A DNA stretch of 64,000 nt from Octopus sinensis. Taxonomy: Eukaryota. The stretch spans positions 150,350,001 through 150,414,000 of the forward strand of contig NC_043000.1 in assembly GCF_006345805.1 (NCBI RefSeq), in the 5' to 3' direction. The translations under genes were made by a program, and so were the position numbers. Below the pieces are notes generated by a model. It made no database searches and was not told where the DNA came from. It saw only the letters and a program-made list of their open reading frames with translations. Positions 50,426-63,750 of this stretch are shown in pieces. Each line of letters begins with the position of its first letter. Within the stretch, counting starts at the first letter, position 1.

Positions 50426-52023
50426 TACATATATATATACATGAGCATGCGTGCGTGCACACACACACACACACTGAATTCTTACACATAAAATACTTAA
50501 CCATCGCTTGCAAATGAATATGTCTTGGTAGCTTGTACCATGGTTTCACTTATTTGTTTCAGGTGCCACTGTAGTGAATAAACATAGATACTCTCTTGGA
50601 CTCTCTACCCTTTATCTGATGAGACACTGAGGATGTAACAGCTGGATAGAGAGAAGGCTGTATTCAGCTGACAAAACAGGAGTAATGTGAAATGATGTGT
50701 GCCTTATACAAGGACACTGCGCTGCCTTGTTCAGGAATCAAACCCATGGCTTTATTATTGTGAGCTCATCACCTTCATTCCTATACCAGACAACTTTACA
50801 TTCTTTCACATATATAAGCAGTATTAATGTTTGAAAATGAGATATAGTTTATCATTGAAAGGCTTGTAAAACCTTCTAAAAATTTTTATTGAGAAAATGT
50901 TTTTAATTTAATATTGTTCCTTCTCAGTAACTTTCTTCACATGAGTGATACGAACCTAAGTAATTTACAGAACTAATTCATTAATTATAAAACAATCAGA
51001 TCAACTGCAGCAGATAGAGCCAATAGGGTTAATGCTTCAGTGCTGGTAAATGATGGTAGTCTGTATCTCTGGTAGAGATACTTAACTCTCAGGGACCAAA
51101 ACCATCTCACTACAAATAGAAACCATATGAAGGTACAAGTCATTGCTGTCTGCAGAGTGGATATTGCCAAATTGATGAATGTTGTACCCAATTGTATTCT
51201 ATAACTAGCTTCACTTGATAGCTAACAGCTTTCCCCAAGCCACTCTATAAAAAAAACACTTAACATCACCTTTTGTGGTGGTCAAATGAACTCTAAAACA
51301 TATTGGTATCAAGAACTGATAAGTACTAATTACCACAGAAAAAAAAAAGTTATGCATGAGAGGGAAGAAACTGCAAAGAGCTGAAGCTATATGCAGACAG
51401 CATCTGAGTAATTTCCCTGGTTTATTTTTTAATATGGTGGTATACATGCTTAACCCTTTCGTTACTGTATTTATTTTGTGATGCTCTGTGTTTCTTTCAA
51501 TTACTTTAAATATAACAAAGAACTTAGTAAAATAACTTAGTTGTCATTAAGTTAGTGTTAGGAAGATAAATTGTGACTAAGGTTTGGTGGAAGATTTTAA
51601 TTCAAAACTGATGAAAACAAGACATTTGTATTAAAGAGCCAGAGCCGGTTTCAGCTGGGTTGGTAACGAAATGGTTAAACATGTTCGTTATGGTAAATCT
51701 ACTTAATGTTTATCTTCACTACTTTGACAAGTAGAGCGAAGGTTGTGCTTAGCTGAGGAGGTCTAATAAACTTGAAATATGCTGGAAGTTTTCTCCTGTA
51801 TTTGACGAAATGATTAAAATAACATTACTCTTTATGCTAATGTCTTTTGTTTACCATATAATTATTAATTAGCATTTTGATGCTCAGTACATGTTAACAA
51901 TTGATTATATAATTAAGTTAGTAGAGATGGTCATAACAAAACAAGTCTTTGAAAGAGAGAGAGACAGACAGACAGATAGAGGCTTAGTCTTTTGCTAATG
52001 ACCTGTTTCTTTGTGTCTGATGA

Positions 52024-52044
52024 TATGTATATGGGAATGATCTA

Positions 52045-52132
<88 letters not shown>
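52024..52132. repeat. (GT)n(GA)n microsatellite
   Basis: Directly visible. Confidence 0.95.
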
Positions 52133-52134
<2 letters not shown>

Positions 52135-52720
52135 TGGGAGTAGTACCAGGACACCTACATAACCTGTTAGATGGTGAAATATGCAAAATCTCTGAGAAGG
52201 ATTTTGTGTTCCTTCCAGTTTAATTGTGCAACACTAAATCTACTCTGAATAGTTATGTGAAGTTTTCCATCTAATTTATAATTATATCCAGAATTATGAG
52301 GGTCAAATAATGGGTTATGGCTTTGAAAACTATGTAAAAAGAAGTAAAGACGTGTTTCATGTTATCAAGTCATTATTTTTTCAATGAATTCTTTACTTAA
52401 TTACAATTTCTATAGAAAGAAATTCTCACTAATTGCAATGTCATCTTATGCTTATGCTGCATTATCTTCTCTTAAAAGTTTAATTGTAAAATTTATTAAC
52501 GATACCCAAACATCTCAAAAAATATCTATGGATGTAAGAATGAAGAATATATCTATAATGGCGCAGGAGTGGCTGTGTGGTAAGTAGCTTGCTAACCAAC
52601 CACATGGTTCCGGGTTCAGTCCCACTGCCTGGCACCTTGGGCAAGTGTCTTCTGCTATAGCCCCGGGTCGCCCAATGCCTTGTGAGTGGATTTGGTAGAC
52701 GGAAACTGAAAGAAGCCTGT

Positions 52721-52771
<51 letters not shown>

Positions 52772-53383
52772 CTGTGTTTGTCTCCCTAGCATTGCTTGAC
52801 AACCGATGCTGGTGTGTTTACGTCCCCGTCACTTAGCGGTTTGGCAAAAGAAACCGATAGAATAAGTACTGGGCTTACAAAGAATAAGTCCCGGGGTCGA
52901 TTTGCTCGACTAAAGGCGGTGCTCCAGCATGGCCGCAGTCAAATGACCGAAACAAGTAAAAGAGAGTAAAGAGTAATATGCCATATAGTTCTGGAATAGC
53001 TTGCAATTTACCCAAAACTGGAAACCTGGGTATCTAACCCTTTAACATTCAGATTACCCTCTCAGATGGAATGCTTATTTATCCCTGCATTATCTCAGCT
53101 TTGCGATTCTGATGATGTGATTGTTTATTTTTAGAAGGGCATTACAGGGTAGGTAGGAGAGACAGGTGCTGGCTGGTGAGAACATAAAGCAGGTAGAATA
53201 TCTGTAGCCAGTTTAAATGCTTAAGAGTTGAGGTAAACCACAATTACCAGTGTTAAAATCTAGGATGTCAATGTTGGAAATTAACAATCAAAGTAATTGT
53301 GAAAATTTTTCTCTTGTAATATTCTTAACTTGTAGATTCCAATCTCTCTCTCTCTCTCTCACTCACACACACATTGAATTTTG

Positions 53384-53813
53384 GGATCTTTTCGGTTAGA
53401 ACGGTAGTTTTTTCCAGCGGTGTCATATGAAATTGTCACCCATAATTATGACCCTAGTATCGATCTATTGCATTTCAATCTGTTTTAGGGTTATGGTTAG
53501 TTAGGGTTCGGGGTGGGAGGAAGGGTATCTTTTTTTCTTCACAAATGTAAATAAACCTAATCTGTTTCTTAAACGAGGGACATATTCATACGGCACAGAA
53601 TGTTTTTTTACCTCAATAGACATATTTGATTGGTTGAAATTGCAGAAATTGAAGAAAAAACAACAACAAATAGCTTACAAACTATCGAATTTTCTCAATA
53701 AAGCCAAGAGAAAAAGATGTTTTATAAACACATTCTACCAGTATACGAAGTTTAAAATTTTTTTAGTTATCTAGAAATTATGTTAAAAACTGCCGTTCAA
53801 ACCGAAAAGATCC
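53384..53813. mobile_element. 430-bp MITE with 28-bp TIRs and 8-bp TSD (Merlin- or hAT-like)
   Basis: TSD GAATTTTG at 53376-53383 and 53814-53821; TIR GGATCTTTTCGGTT(A/T)GAACGG(T/C)AGTTTTT. Confidence 0.85.
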
Positions 53814-53847
53814 GAATTTTGAATTATAAGCAGCTCTAGTAATGTAA

Positions 53848-54182
53848 TCCTTATGAGAGCTCAAAATCTCTCGTGGAAGTGCCATCCAACCAAAATGCAA
53901 ATATATGGGAAACTACCACCTGTGTCATCTCTTGTGAAAGGTAGGAGAGTCCAGTTTGCTGGACATTGTTGTAGAGCTGAAAAAGAAGTAATTTCTACTC
54001 TTCTCCTCTGGAAGCCATCTACTCGCAATACCAGAGGGCGCACACTCTCCTACCCTGATGTAATCTCCAGGGATACAGGCATCCAGCAACAGGACCTCCG
54101 TAATGCTATGATGGACCGTGAGGTCTGGCGTAACATAGTAAATTCCATTGTCTCGACCACGGTCGAACAATGATGATGATGA
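53848..54182 (+). mobile_element. RTE LINE 3' end (second RTE family), (TGA)n tail
   Basis: YGKLPPVSSLVKGRRVQFAGHCCRAEKE...DREVWRNIVNSIVSTTVEQ* then TGATGATGAT. Confidence 0.9.
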
Positions 54183-54354
54183 TTATTGATGTCACATACT
54201 GTCTGTGATTGTTTATGTACTTAATTAACTGCAGAGGGAAAAAGTCCCTTCAAGATACAAAGTGTGTGTGTGTGTGTATATAATGTTAATAAAATACATT
54301 ATTACATTAATAATAAATCTCTGAACGAGATGTAAACAGTAACTGCTCGACAAC

Positions 54355-54612
54355 GTAAAGTATACTAGCCATCTCAATATGGCTAACCACAAAGGGTGGA
54401 TGTTACTGTAGCTTTTAGCCCCAGGAGATCATCGTCTCCAACTGGCTTTACGCACACTTTCGGTGCCCTTATGGTATGTCCCTTTGCAAATACCATAAGG
54501 GCACAGAAAGTGTACCTAAAGCCAGCTGGAGATGATGATCTCCTGGGGCTAAAAGCTACAGTAACACCCACCCTTAGTGGTTAGCAATATTGATATGGCT
54601 AGTATACTTTAC
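54355..54612. mobile_element. 258-bp foldback (near-perfect palindrome)
   Basis: Arms of about 122 bp (GTAAAGTATACTAGCCAT...CCCTTATGGTAT) with about 9 mismatches; loop about 12 nt. Confidence 0.92.
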
Positions 54613-54806
54613 ATTATTACATTAATCTTATATTTAAGTATATCTTGTGGCATTTAAAGTAAAAGCAGGGACAGTCATTTTGAAAGTAACAAATACAATA
54701 CATTTAACTAAAAAATCTTAAAACGTGGGCATCTATAAGTACAAAATCAATATTTTAAAATAAATAATGTATAAGAGAAATACCATCAAAAGTTTAGAAT
54801 ACTGAC

Positions 54807-54956
54807 CTGTTGGGTGTGTAAGCGGATTGTAATCTGAGCATAAAGGTTCTCCTTACTCAATAATTCTGTGACACGGACATGAACCACACGAGGAGGTTCA
54901 AGGGAACCAACAAATTTCCAGCGACAAGTTTTCAGATCAAGTCCATGTGTTAATTC
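54807..54956 (-). CDS. MRPL45: 39S ribosomal protein L45, mitochondrial (Tim44-like domain), penultimate exon
   Basis: ttag|GAA...CAG|gtcagt; 150 nt. ELTHGLDLKTCRWKFVGSLEPPRVVHVRVTELLSKENLYAQITIRLHTQQ aligns with the MRPL45 KTVRWSFVESLEP...QITVRMHTRQ segment. Confidence 0.93.
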
Positions 54957-55570
54957 CTAAATGGAGAACATAAGTAACCATGTAAATAAAATAAATTATC
55001 AATCTATAGAGTCAATAACAATACAAGTATCAATTGAAACCTATTTCTTTATTACCCACAAGGGGCTAAACACAGAGGGGACAAACAAGGACAGACATAG
55101 GTATTAAGTCGATTACATCGACCCCAGTGCGCAACTGGTACTTAATTTATCGACCCCGAAAGGATGAAAGGCAAAGTCGACCTCGGCGGAATTTCAATTG
55201 AAACCCAGAGCTGTGGGTGGCTCTATATGCACAAAAATAGAAGCAATCTCTTCCCACTAGCCCATCTCATATTTGCCATCATCTTCCTCTCTGTTCATTC
55301 CTTGATGTTGCTCAGCCATCTCCATTTCAGACTTCCTTTATCTCTTTTACTTAAGAGTTTGTGAATATTCACTAGGGGAGTCTACAAGTCACACTGAAGG
55401 CAACTTGTTTAGGAGAGTAATAACCCTAATTAAGAATTAATACAGGGTAGAGATGATACCTTTTGTTCTTCAACAGACTTCTTTAGTGCTAGTGGCATGA
55501 AAAATGCACTCAGTCCATGTCATAAAATTGCTGGTAATTAGAAGAGTATCCATTTGTAAAAATAAGAACC

Positions 55571-55816
55571 CATCATCATCATTGTTCGACCGTGGTTGAG
55601 ACAATGGAATTTACCATGCTACGCCAGACTTCACGGTCCATCATGGCATTACAGAGGTCCTGTTGCTGGATGCCTATATCCCTGGAGATTACATCAGGGT
55701 AGGAGAGTGTGCGCCCTCTGGTATTGCGAGTAGATGGCTTCCAGAGGAGAAGAGTAGAAATTACCTCTTTTTCAGCTCTACAACAATGTCCAGCAAACTG
55801 GACTCTCTTACCTTTC
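55571..55816 (-). mobile_element. RTE LINE 3' end, inverted near-identical copy of 53936-54181
   Basis: About 245 bp align with about 9 mismatches by eye. Confidence 0.9.
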
Positions 55817-56819
55817 CCATAAACCCATAAAACACACACACACAAAAATAAAGTTAGCCTGTTTCCTTTGTTAATACGTATGCCAGATAATGAAGGACTG
55901 TGTAAATGACAAAATGCTATGAAACCCAATCAACCCATGCTGGCATGGAAAAATGGTTGTAAAATGATAATGATGATGAAAGAAAAATACAATCATCAAT
56001 TTCTGTGGTGTTTTCAATAGGGATTTCAAACCACAGATCATCACCATCATCATTATCATCATCATTTAGCGTCCGCTTTCCATGCTAGCATGGGTTGGAC
56101 GGTTCAACTGGGGTCTGGGAAGCCAAAAGGCTGCACCAGGCCAGTCTGATCTGGCAGTGTTTCTACAGCTGGATGCCCTTCCTAACGTCAACCACTCCGT
56201 GAGTGTAGTGGGTGCTTTTTAGGTGCCACAGACACAGGTGCCAGATGGGGCTGGCAACAGCCACGATCGGATGGTGCTTTTTATGTGCCACCGGAACGGG
56301 GGCCAGGTGAGGCTGGCAACAGCCACGATCGGATGGTGCCTTTTACGTGCCACCGGCACGGAGGCCAGTCGGGGCGGCGCTGGCAATGGCCACGGTCGGA
56401 TGATGCTTTTTACGTACCACCAGCAAAATAGTGAAGGCACATGGCATAGTGGTTAGGGTGTTTGGTTGATGATGTCCTTGAGCAAGGCACTTCATTTCAC
56501 ATTCCTCCGGTCTCTTCAACTGAAAATAAGTACCAACCAAGTGCTGGTGCAGCTCTCTCACCCTCCAGCTGTCATGTTGAATGTAGAACTGGGTCAAAAG
56601 ATGGGAAAGTCAAGAGGGTGTCTCTGCCTGCTCATGACTACTACATAAGTACTCAAAACAATTAATTAATCCATACTCATTTGTGAGTGATAGCTGGCTC
56701 TTTATGTGCGGAGGAACTTGAAAAATTCAGTTTCATACGAAAAAGTAATTTTTATTGCCTGCAGTGAATATTCAGCTCACTTGATGGACTTAATAATTTC
56801 TATTAGTTAGGCGATCTAA

Positions 56820-57100
56820 TTAATACCGCCAAGACCATTGGTGATATGCCATGCTTGAGAAGAGCCATCAAACCTAATGAAATCGTACTTGTGGCTGATG
56901 CCTGTGTCATGTAATTGGCATCTGTGCTGGTGATACGTAAAAAGCACCCCTTATACTCTTGGAGTGGTTGGCATTAGGAAGGGCATCCAGTCGTAGAAAC
57001 CATGCTATATCAGACAGGAACTTGGTGCAGCTCTCCAGCTTACCAGTTCCAGTCAAACTGTTTAACCCATGTCAGCATGGAAAGCAGGTGCTAAATGACG
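56820..57100 (+). mobile_element. RTE LINE 3' end (last codons plus tail)
   Basis: YAMLEKSHQT* followed by the AGGAAGGGCATCCAG tail. Confidence 0.65.
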
Positions 57101-60100
57101 ATGTGGCTGTAGTGAAAGAATAGGGGAAACAGTTTAATGAGCTGCTGCCAACAAAAGATTTTTTTTCTTTTAGAGCAAAGGTAGTCTATAAGAAGAATAT
57201 TGTTAATGGGTATCATGGAATGCAAAGTGCATGTAAGAGGAAGTATGGTTATGTGGTTAAGAATTTCTATGTTTGACCTCACTGCTCAGCGTATTAGACA
57301 AGCCATTTCTACCATAGCCTTAGGTTGACCTACATCTAATTGGTGGAATTTGGTAGCCAGAAATTTTACATAATCCTGTTGTATATATCAGTGGCATAGA
57401 TTTAGTGTACCACCTGGGGCATACAAATAGATAATTTTTCAATATGGTATTTACTGTCTGATAAACTGGTAGGTACTTGTAGGGTCTATAAAAACTTTTT
57501 TTTAATGAGTACTTCTAAAGATAAGTCCTTTACTGGTAATCAAACAACCAGGTATAGATTCATTTCATTTTGGGTTTGGCTTTGGCAAAAACTTTAATGA
57601 TTTATTTTCCTATCATATCAGGACATTTTTAATACTTTTTCTGTTTTTGGTTTTATTTTGTTAATTTTTATTTTTAATTAAATAATTTATAACTACAAAA
57701 CATCATGAAATTATTTTGAAGGTGTAACTATTGATTATTCTGAAAGACTTCAATAATTTTTCACTGTATATAATTGACTTATGCAGCATCTTAGCTTTAT
57801 CTAATTTGGCTTTTAAATAATTTAATAAAACACACACAAACACCAAAGTGACATAAAAATTCATGCCTGCTGAAATCATTATTTAAAAAAATATAATTTT
57901 ATTATCATATTGCATTTCAAATTTAATCTCAGTGTAGCAGTTTGGGCAAGTGTCTTCTACTATAGCTCCAAGTTGACCAAAGCCTTGTGAGTGGATTTGA
58001 TAGATGGAAACTGTATCTATTGTTATCTTTTATCTTTTACTTATTTCAGTCATTGGACTGCAGCCTTGCTGGAGCACTATCTTGAAGTGTTTAGTTGACC
58101 AAATCAATCCCAGTACTTATTTTTAAGGCACTTATTTTATCAATTTCTAAGTTACAGGGCTGTAAACAAACCAACACTGGTTGCCAAGTGGTAGTGGGTG
58201 ACAAATACATATGAAAAGACACATACACACATAGATATACACATATATATATACATATATATGACAGGGTTTTCTCAGTTTATGTTTACCAAATCTCCTC
58301 ACAAGTATTTGGCTGACCCAGGGTAATAATGGAAAACTGAACCAAGGACCATGTTGTTGGTAAGTGAACTCCTTACCACAGTCATACCTGCACTTCAAAA
58401 AGTCAAAGGCTGCCCATGGTACTCAAACCCACATCTCTTGTAAAGATGACAGGTGTTTTACCCTTGGACCAAAGCTATCTGTGTGTGTGTGTGTGTGTGT
58501 GTGTGCATGCATGCATTTGGGTGTCTTGACGTCACATGATGGTTGTAAAATGAGCATCACATTCATACAAGTTTATTTCTAGTCTTCATGTCTGGCCATG
58601 GGAAATATTACCTTGCTTGGAAACAAAGGAAGGTTGGTGACAGGAAGGGCATCCAGCTGTAAAAAAATCTACCTCAACAAAATCTGACCAATCCAAGAAT
58701 GGAAATGTGGATATTAAATCATGATGATGAAATAAAGATTGTTAGAAAATCTAGGATTAAATTTTTTTTTTTAATTAAAATTTTTAGACACCAAATTCAA
58801 GTCCCAAACTCACAAGCTGGATACAAATTTATAGTTATATCTCGTACTATTTTTGGAGCATACAAGCTGATACTGATGATTATTATAAATTGATTTATTG
58901 TAGTTCAATAATGATTTTGTGCTGTATCCAAGAGCTTACGATCAACATCTTTTGTGGTTTGTTTTCTTTGCCACTATTATGCAGTAAAATTTTATGGATA
59001 AACTTTTTGTAAAAATTTTATAGTAATGGAATAACAGAGTAATTATGTCAGACCAAAAATAGAAAATACCGATGATGAAAAAAAGACCAATAGAGCTTGG
59101 ATGGAGATCTATGTTTTTGTTGAAGAGGTAGTAGGCTTTACTATAGATCTTAAAATTTTGTGAAAGATTTTCCAACAATAAAAAGTAACTAAGAATAACA
59201 TTTTACGAATAAAAACTCTTCTTTTGCTGAAAAATAACCAGTTAGTGGCAAATGCAGAAGAGTGACCTTGAACAGGAGAAGAAATAAAAAAGAGTTGAGC
59301 TTATTTTGGGAAATTTTTTACAACGCAAAATTGATTACTTTTGCTAATTTTATTGTACCAAAGATAATTGTATGTTATGGGAAACACTTTCATAACAAAG
59401 ACTATAGGAAAGAAATGTTCTTAATTATTGCTGACTATTTATTTTCCAACTTTAATGACAAAAATGATATGATAATTAGTATCAAAGAAATGCCTTTCTT
59501 GGTAAGATCAAAGAGCAACAGATATGATATTAAATATCGAAATAAATATCAATGGAAATAGTAGTTGTGATACCTGTGCCAATGGCACATAAAAAGCACC
59601 ATCCGAACATGGCCGATGCCAGCGCTGCCTCGACTGTGGCCGATGCCAGTGCCGCCTTGACTGGCTTCCGTGCCGGTGGCACGTTAAAAGCACCAACCGA
59701 TCGGGGCTGCTGCCAGACTCCCCTGGCACCTATGCCGGTGGCACGTAAAAAGCACCCACTACACTCGCGGAGTGGTTGGCATTAGGAAGGGCATCCAGCT
59801 GTAGAAACACTGCCAGATCAGACTGGTGCCTGGTGCAGCCCCTGGCTTCCCAGACACTGGTCGAACCGTCCAACCCGTGCTAGCGCGGAAAACGGACGTT
59901 AAACGATGATGATGATGAACAATAAATTAAAAACATGAATTCTGTTCTAGTATATGTAATTATATGTGATGTAAATAGCATTTAACAGAATGCATTTCTA
60001 ATGTAGAAATACTCATTCTTAAAAAGTTCTCAAAAGGAAGTGAATGAATTGATATTATTTAACCCTTTCATTACCAACCTGGCTGAAACCGGCTCTGGCT

Positions 60101-63100
60101 CAGTAGTATAAATGTCTTGTTTTCATAAGTTTTGAATTAAAATCTTCCACCAAACCTTAGTCACAATTTATGTTCCTAACACTAGCTGAGTGATAATTAA
60201 GTTATTTTACTAAATTCTTTGTTACATTTAAAGTAATTGAAAGAAACACAGAGCATCTCAAAATAAATGCAGTAACGAAAGGGTTAAAGGCCAGACAAAA
60301 GGCAAAGATATCTGCCAAGTGTTTTAAATTGGTTGAAAGAGAAAAAGAAGCACAAAAATTTGTTTTCAGTAACAATAGATAGAGTACCAATTATGAAAAG
60401 GATAATGAAAACATTTGTGACTTCACTGATGAATTTACTTAATCAAAAGTTGCTTTGCTTTCACTGTATTATTTTACCAAGATTTCTTCAATCTTGCTGA
60501 CAAAATTGCAAACAAGATAATGGCAAGAAGTCTAAGTCACTGACAATTCTGTGCATTATTAGGGGAGGTTGATTGCAGTTATTCAGATTTATTGCTACAT
60601 AATGACATCTGAAGGTTTTCTTAAGGTGATGATGTTTGCGAAAAGATTTACAGCTTGCACAGAATACATAAAACAATCCTTGTAAACCACTTAATGGTAA
60701 TCATCATCATCATTTAGCGTCCGCTTTCCATGCTAGCATGGGTTGGACGGGTCAACTGGGGTCTGTGAAGCTGGAAGGCTTCGTCAGGCCCAGTCAGATC
60801 TGGCAGTGTTTCTACAGCTAAATGATAAAAGTTTATCCAAAAGGCGGCGAGCTGGCAGAAATGTTAACATGCCGGGTGAAATGCTTAGTGGTATTTTGTC
60901 CGCAGATACGTTCTGAGTTCAAATTCCGCCAAGGTTGACTTTGCCTTTCATCCTTTCGAGCTTGATTAAATAAGTACCAGTTACGCACTGGGGTCGATAT
61001 AATCGACTTAATCTGTTTGTTTGTCCTGGTTTGTCCTCTCTGTGTTTAGCCCCTTGGGGGTAGTAAAGAAATAGAAATAGGTAATGATAACTGCTTCCCT
61101 GAACTGAAAATGTCTGATTAGCAGGAAAATTTGCCTTTTATGGTAATCAAAATTTAACGTCATTTGAACTTGTTTTGCAAAAGCATCCAGGGAAAAGAAA
61201 ATACATCTCTTTAGTTGCTAGAAGCATTTGAATGCAAATTAACAGTTTTGAGAGACAGTGAAAATGGTGAACTGACTCATTTTTTTTTGTCATTTTATTG
61301 GCCATTTTTCCATGCTTGCATGGATTTGATGGAATTTATGGAGGCAAATTTTCTCCGGACAAACACATTCCTACAGAATGCTGTTGGAAATGAATAACAG
61401 GGATAATCATTTATAACCATCACATAATGTCAAGACAAGGAGACATAAATACACACACACACACGTTTATACATACAAACTTATTACCAGTTTAACCCTT
61501 TCGCTACCAACCCGGCTGAAACCGGCTCTGGCTTTGAGTACAAATGTCTTGTTTTCATAAGTTTTGAATTAAAATCTTCCACCAAACCTTAGTCACAATT
61601 TATGTTCCTAACACTAGTTGAATGATAACTAAGTTATTTTACTAAATTCTTTGTTATATTTAACGTAATTCAAAGAAACACAGAATATCTCAAAATAAAT
61701 ACGGTATCGAAAGGGTCAAATATGTTTCAGGCATATTCAAACCCAGAAGAAAGTCATATGTGTAATTTGCCATGGACAAAAATTTCTTGCTTTAGACATA
61801 GATGTAAACACACTGACTCATCTATATATGTATGTAAAAGTGCAAAGATGTACACACACACACACACATTTATATACTCCACTTCCTCTAACACCCATCA
61901 CTTCTCTAGCCACAGCCCTACTTGGCTGCTTGAGAGCAGAACTGGCAAATGCTACATCTCTCACCATTTATTCTTTCTTGTCCCAGTTACCCCCCCTACC
62001 CCGCACCCCTTCAGTCTTGCATTCTCATTATCATTCCTTCCCACACTATTTTCACAGATTAACTTCGTTTCTGTGCCGCCACCATCAGTTATCCATCCCT
62101 CTCCTCTGTCGTACTTCATCTCAGCACCTTCTCCTATCTGTCATCGTGCCCCACTCACTTTAGCCACCCTCATGCACTCTTACATGTCCCTTCCCCACCA
62201 CTCCTACACCTTGCACATCACCTCCCTACCATCTATCTGTTCTCTCTTCCACCCTAAGCTACCTCTGTTCCTCTCACCTTAACCCCTCTTTATATTGGTA
62301 TTTTCTCATCAACTGCACCTCCACCTTTGTTCATCACTTGCTACATTCATGTCTACCACCATTTCCAACCATCTCCCCTCACATTCTTATGAAACTACTC
62401 CCCGCCCTCCACCGCCAATCCACTGCATGTATTCTCTCTTATGCTTACCTTATACACGAGGGTTTGCTCTGGCAGCCCATTACTCTCTGTTCTTCTTTTC
62501 AGCTACTCTTACCTAACCTTATAAAATGCAGGGCAGTCATGTATCTTCTTTAGAGCAAGATACCTGCACCTGTCCCTCTATCATAAACGTTAACATTTCA
62601 GCACCTGGCATAAAGACACTGCTCCACTCTTAACTACTTCCCCCATTTAACCCTTTCGTTACCAACCCAGCTGAAACCGGCTCTGGATCTGAGTACAAAT
62701 GTTTTGTTTTCATAAGTTTTGATTTAAAATCTTCCACCAAACCTTAGTCACAATTTATGTTCCTAACACTAGCTTAATGATAACTAAGTTATTTTACTAA
62801 ATTCTTCATTATATTTAAAGTAATTGAAAGAAACACAGAGCATCTCAAAATAAATACAGTAAAAAAAGGGTTAATCAAGGGACTTTCCTTTTCCCTTTTC
62901 CTGCTCTTTCCCTGGTTCTCAAAGTACTTGGTGACCTCACCAGGTACACACTGGAAAATGGTTGGTGTTAGAAAGGGCATCCAATCATAGAAACCACGCC
63001 AAAGTTGATATTGGAACTCAATGCAACTCTGTGAATTATCAGAGCCAGTCAAACAACACAACCCATGCCAGCATGGAAAAACAGATGTTAAATGATGATG

Positions 63101-63493
63101 ATGATGATGATGATATAATGCAAATGGTTTCTCTCAAGCATCACTCAGGATGAGGGAGGGTGTGGACAGTAAAAAGCTATAATGCATATACCTACGACAC
63201 TTCATGTTAAGACAAGGACCCAAGCATCTGCAATTCAAATACATACAAGACTTAAACACTGAGAGACATTAATATCAAAAGCACATTGAGATACATAAGC
63301 AAACACACACACACATATACAGGCATATAGGTTTGAATAAGTAGAAAAGCAAGCAAGTGAATTTTGTTTACTTTCAACATAAACTGACATAAATTCTTCT
63401 GATTATTTCATATAATTGCATGATTAATGAATAACATTTGTTTTCATAGATCCCTCCCTTTGAATATTTAAACGATGATGATGATGATATATA

Positions 63494-63750
63494 TTGGGTC
63501 ACCCCATAAATAATGCATTTTTTTTCAATTTCATGAACTAAAAGTTGGATGGGGACAGGATAAACTACATGCATCAACTTGCTATAAAGGCACGTAGTAA
63601 TTTTAACTTGTACTTATTCTTAGTGCAAATTTTGAAGAGTGCAGTTCGATTTCAACAGTTATATTTTCAAAGCTATAATGGAAGTGACAAAGGAGTACAT
63701 TCGGCATATTTTGCTTTATGAGTTCAATAAAGATAATACAATGGAAAGTG
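63494..63750 (+). mobile_element. 5' fragment of the same mariner family
   Basis: TA then TTGGGTCACCCCATAAATAATG; MEVTKEYIRHILLYEFNK. Truncated just before a hAT-like end CAGGGGTAGGCAAC at 63763. Confidence 0.85.

Larger units (their letters stand above)
38410..62870. repeat. piggyBac-type MITE family A (~220 bp, TTAA TSD, CCCTTTC ends)
   Basis: Copies at 38410-38630 and 51454-51674 in one orientation; 60063-60283, 61496-61715 and 62651-62870 in the other. Confidence 0.9.

Noticed and set aside
58780-59550. Very decayed piggyBac transposase remnant
   Set aside because: Only faint echoes (ELTI, LVRSKSNR) scattered over frames full of stops; cannot be supported without a profile search.
61722-62282. 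186-aa ORF, the longest in the track
   Set aside because: It arises from a pyrimidine-rich low-complexity tract that lacks stops by composition (similar tract at about 1920-2520); no domain features.
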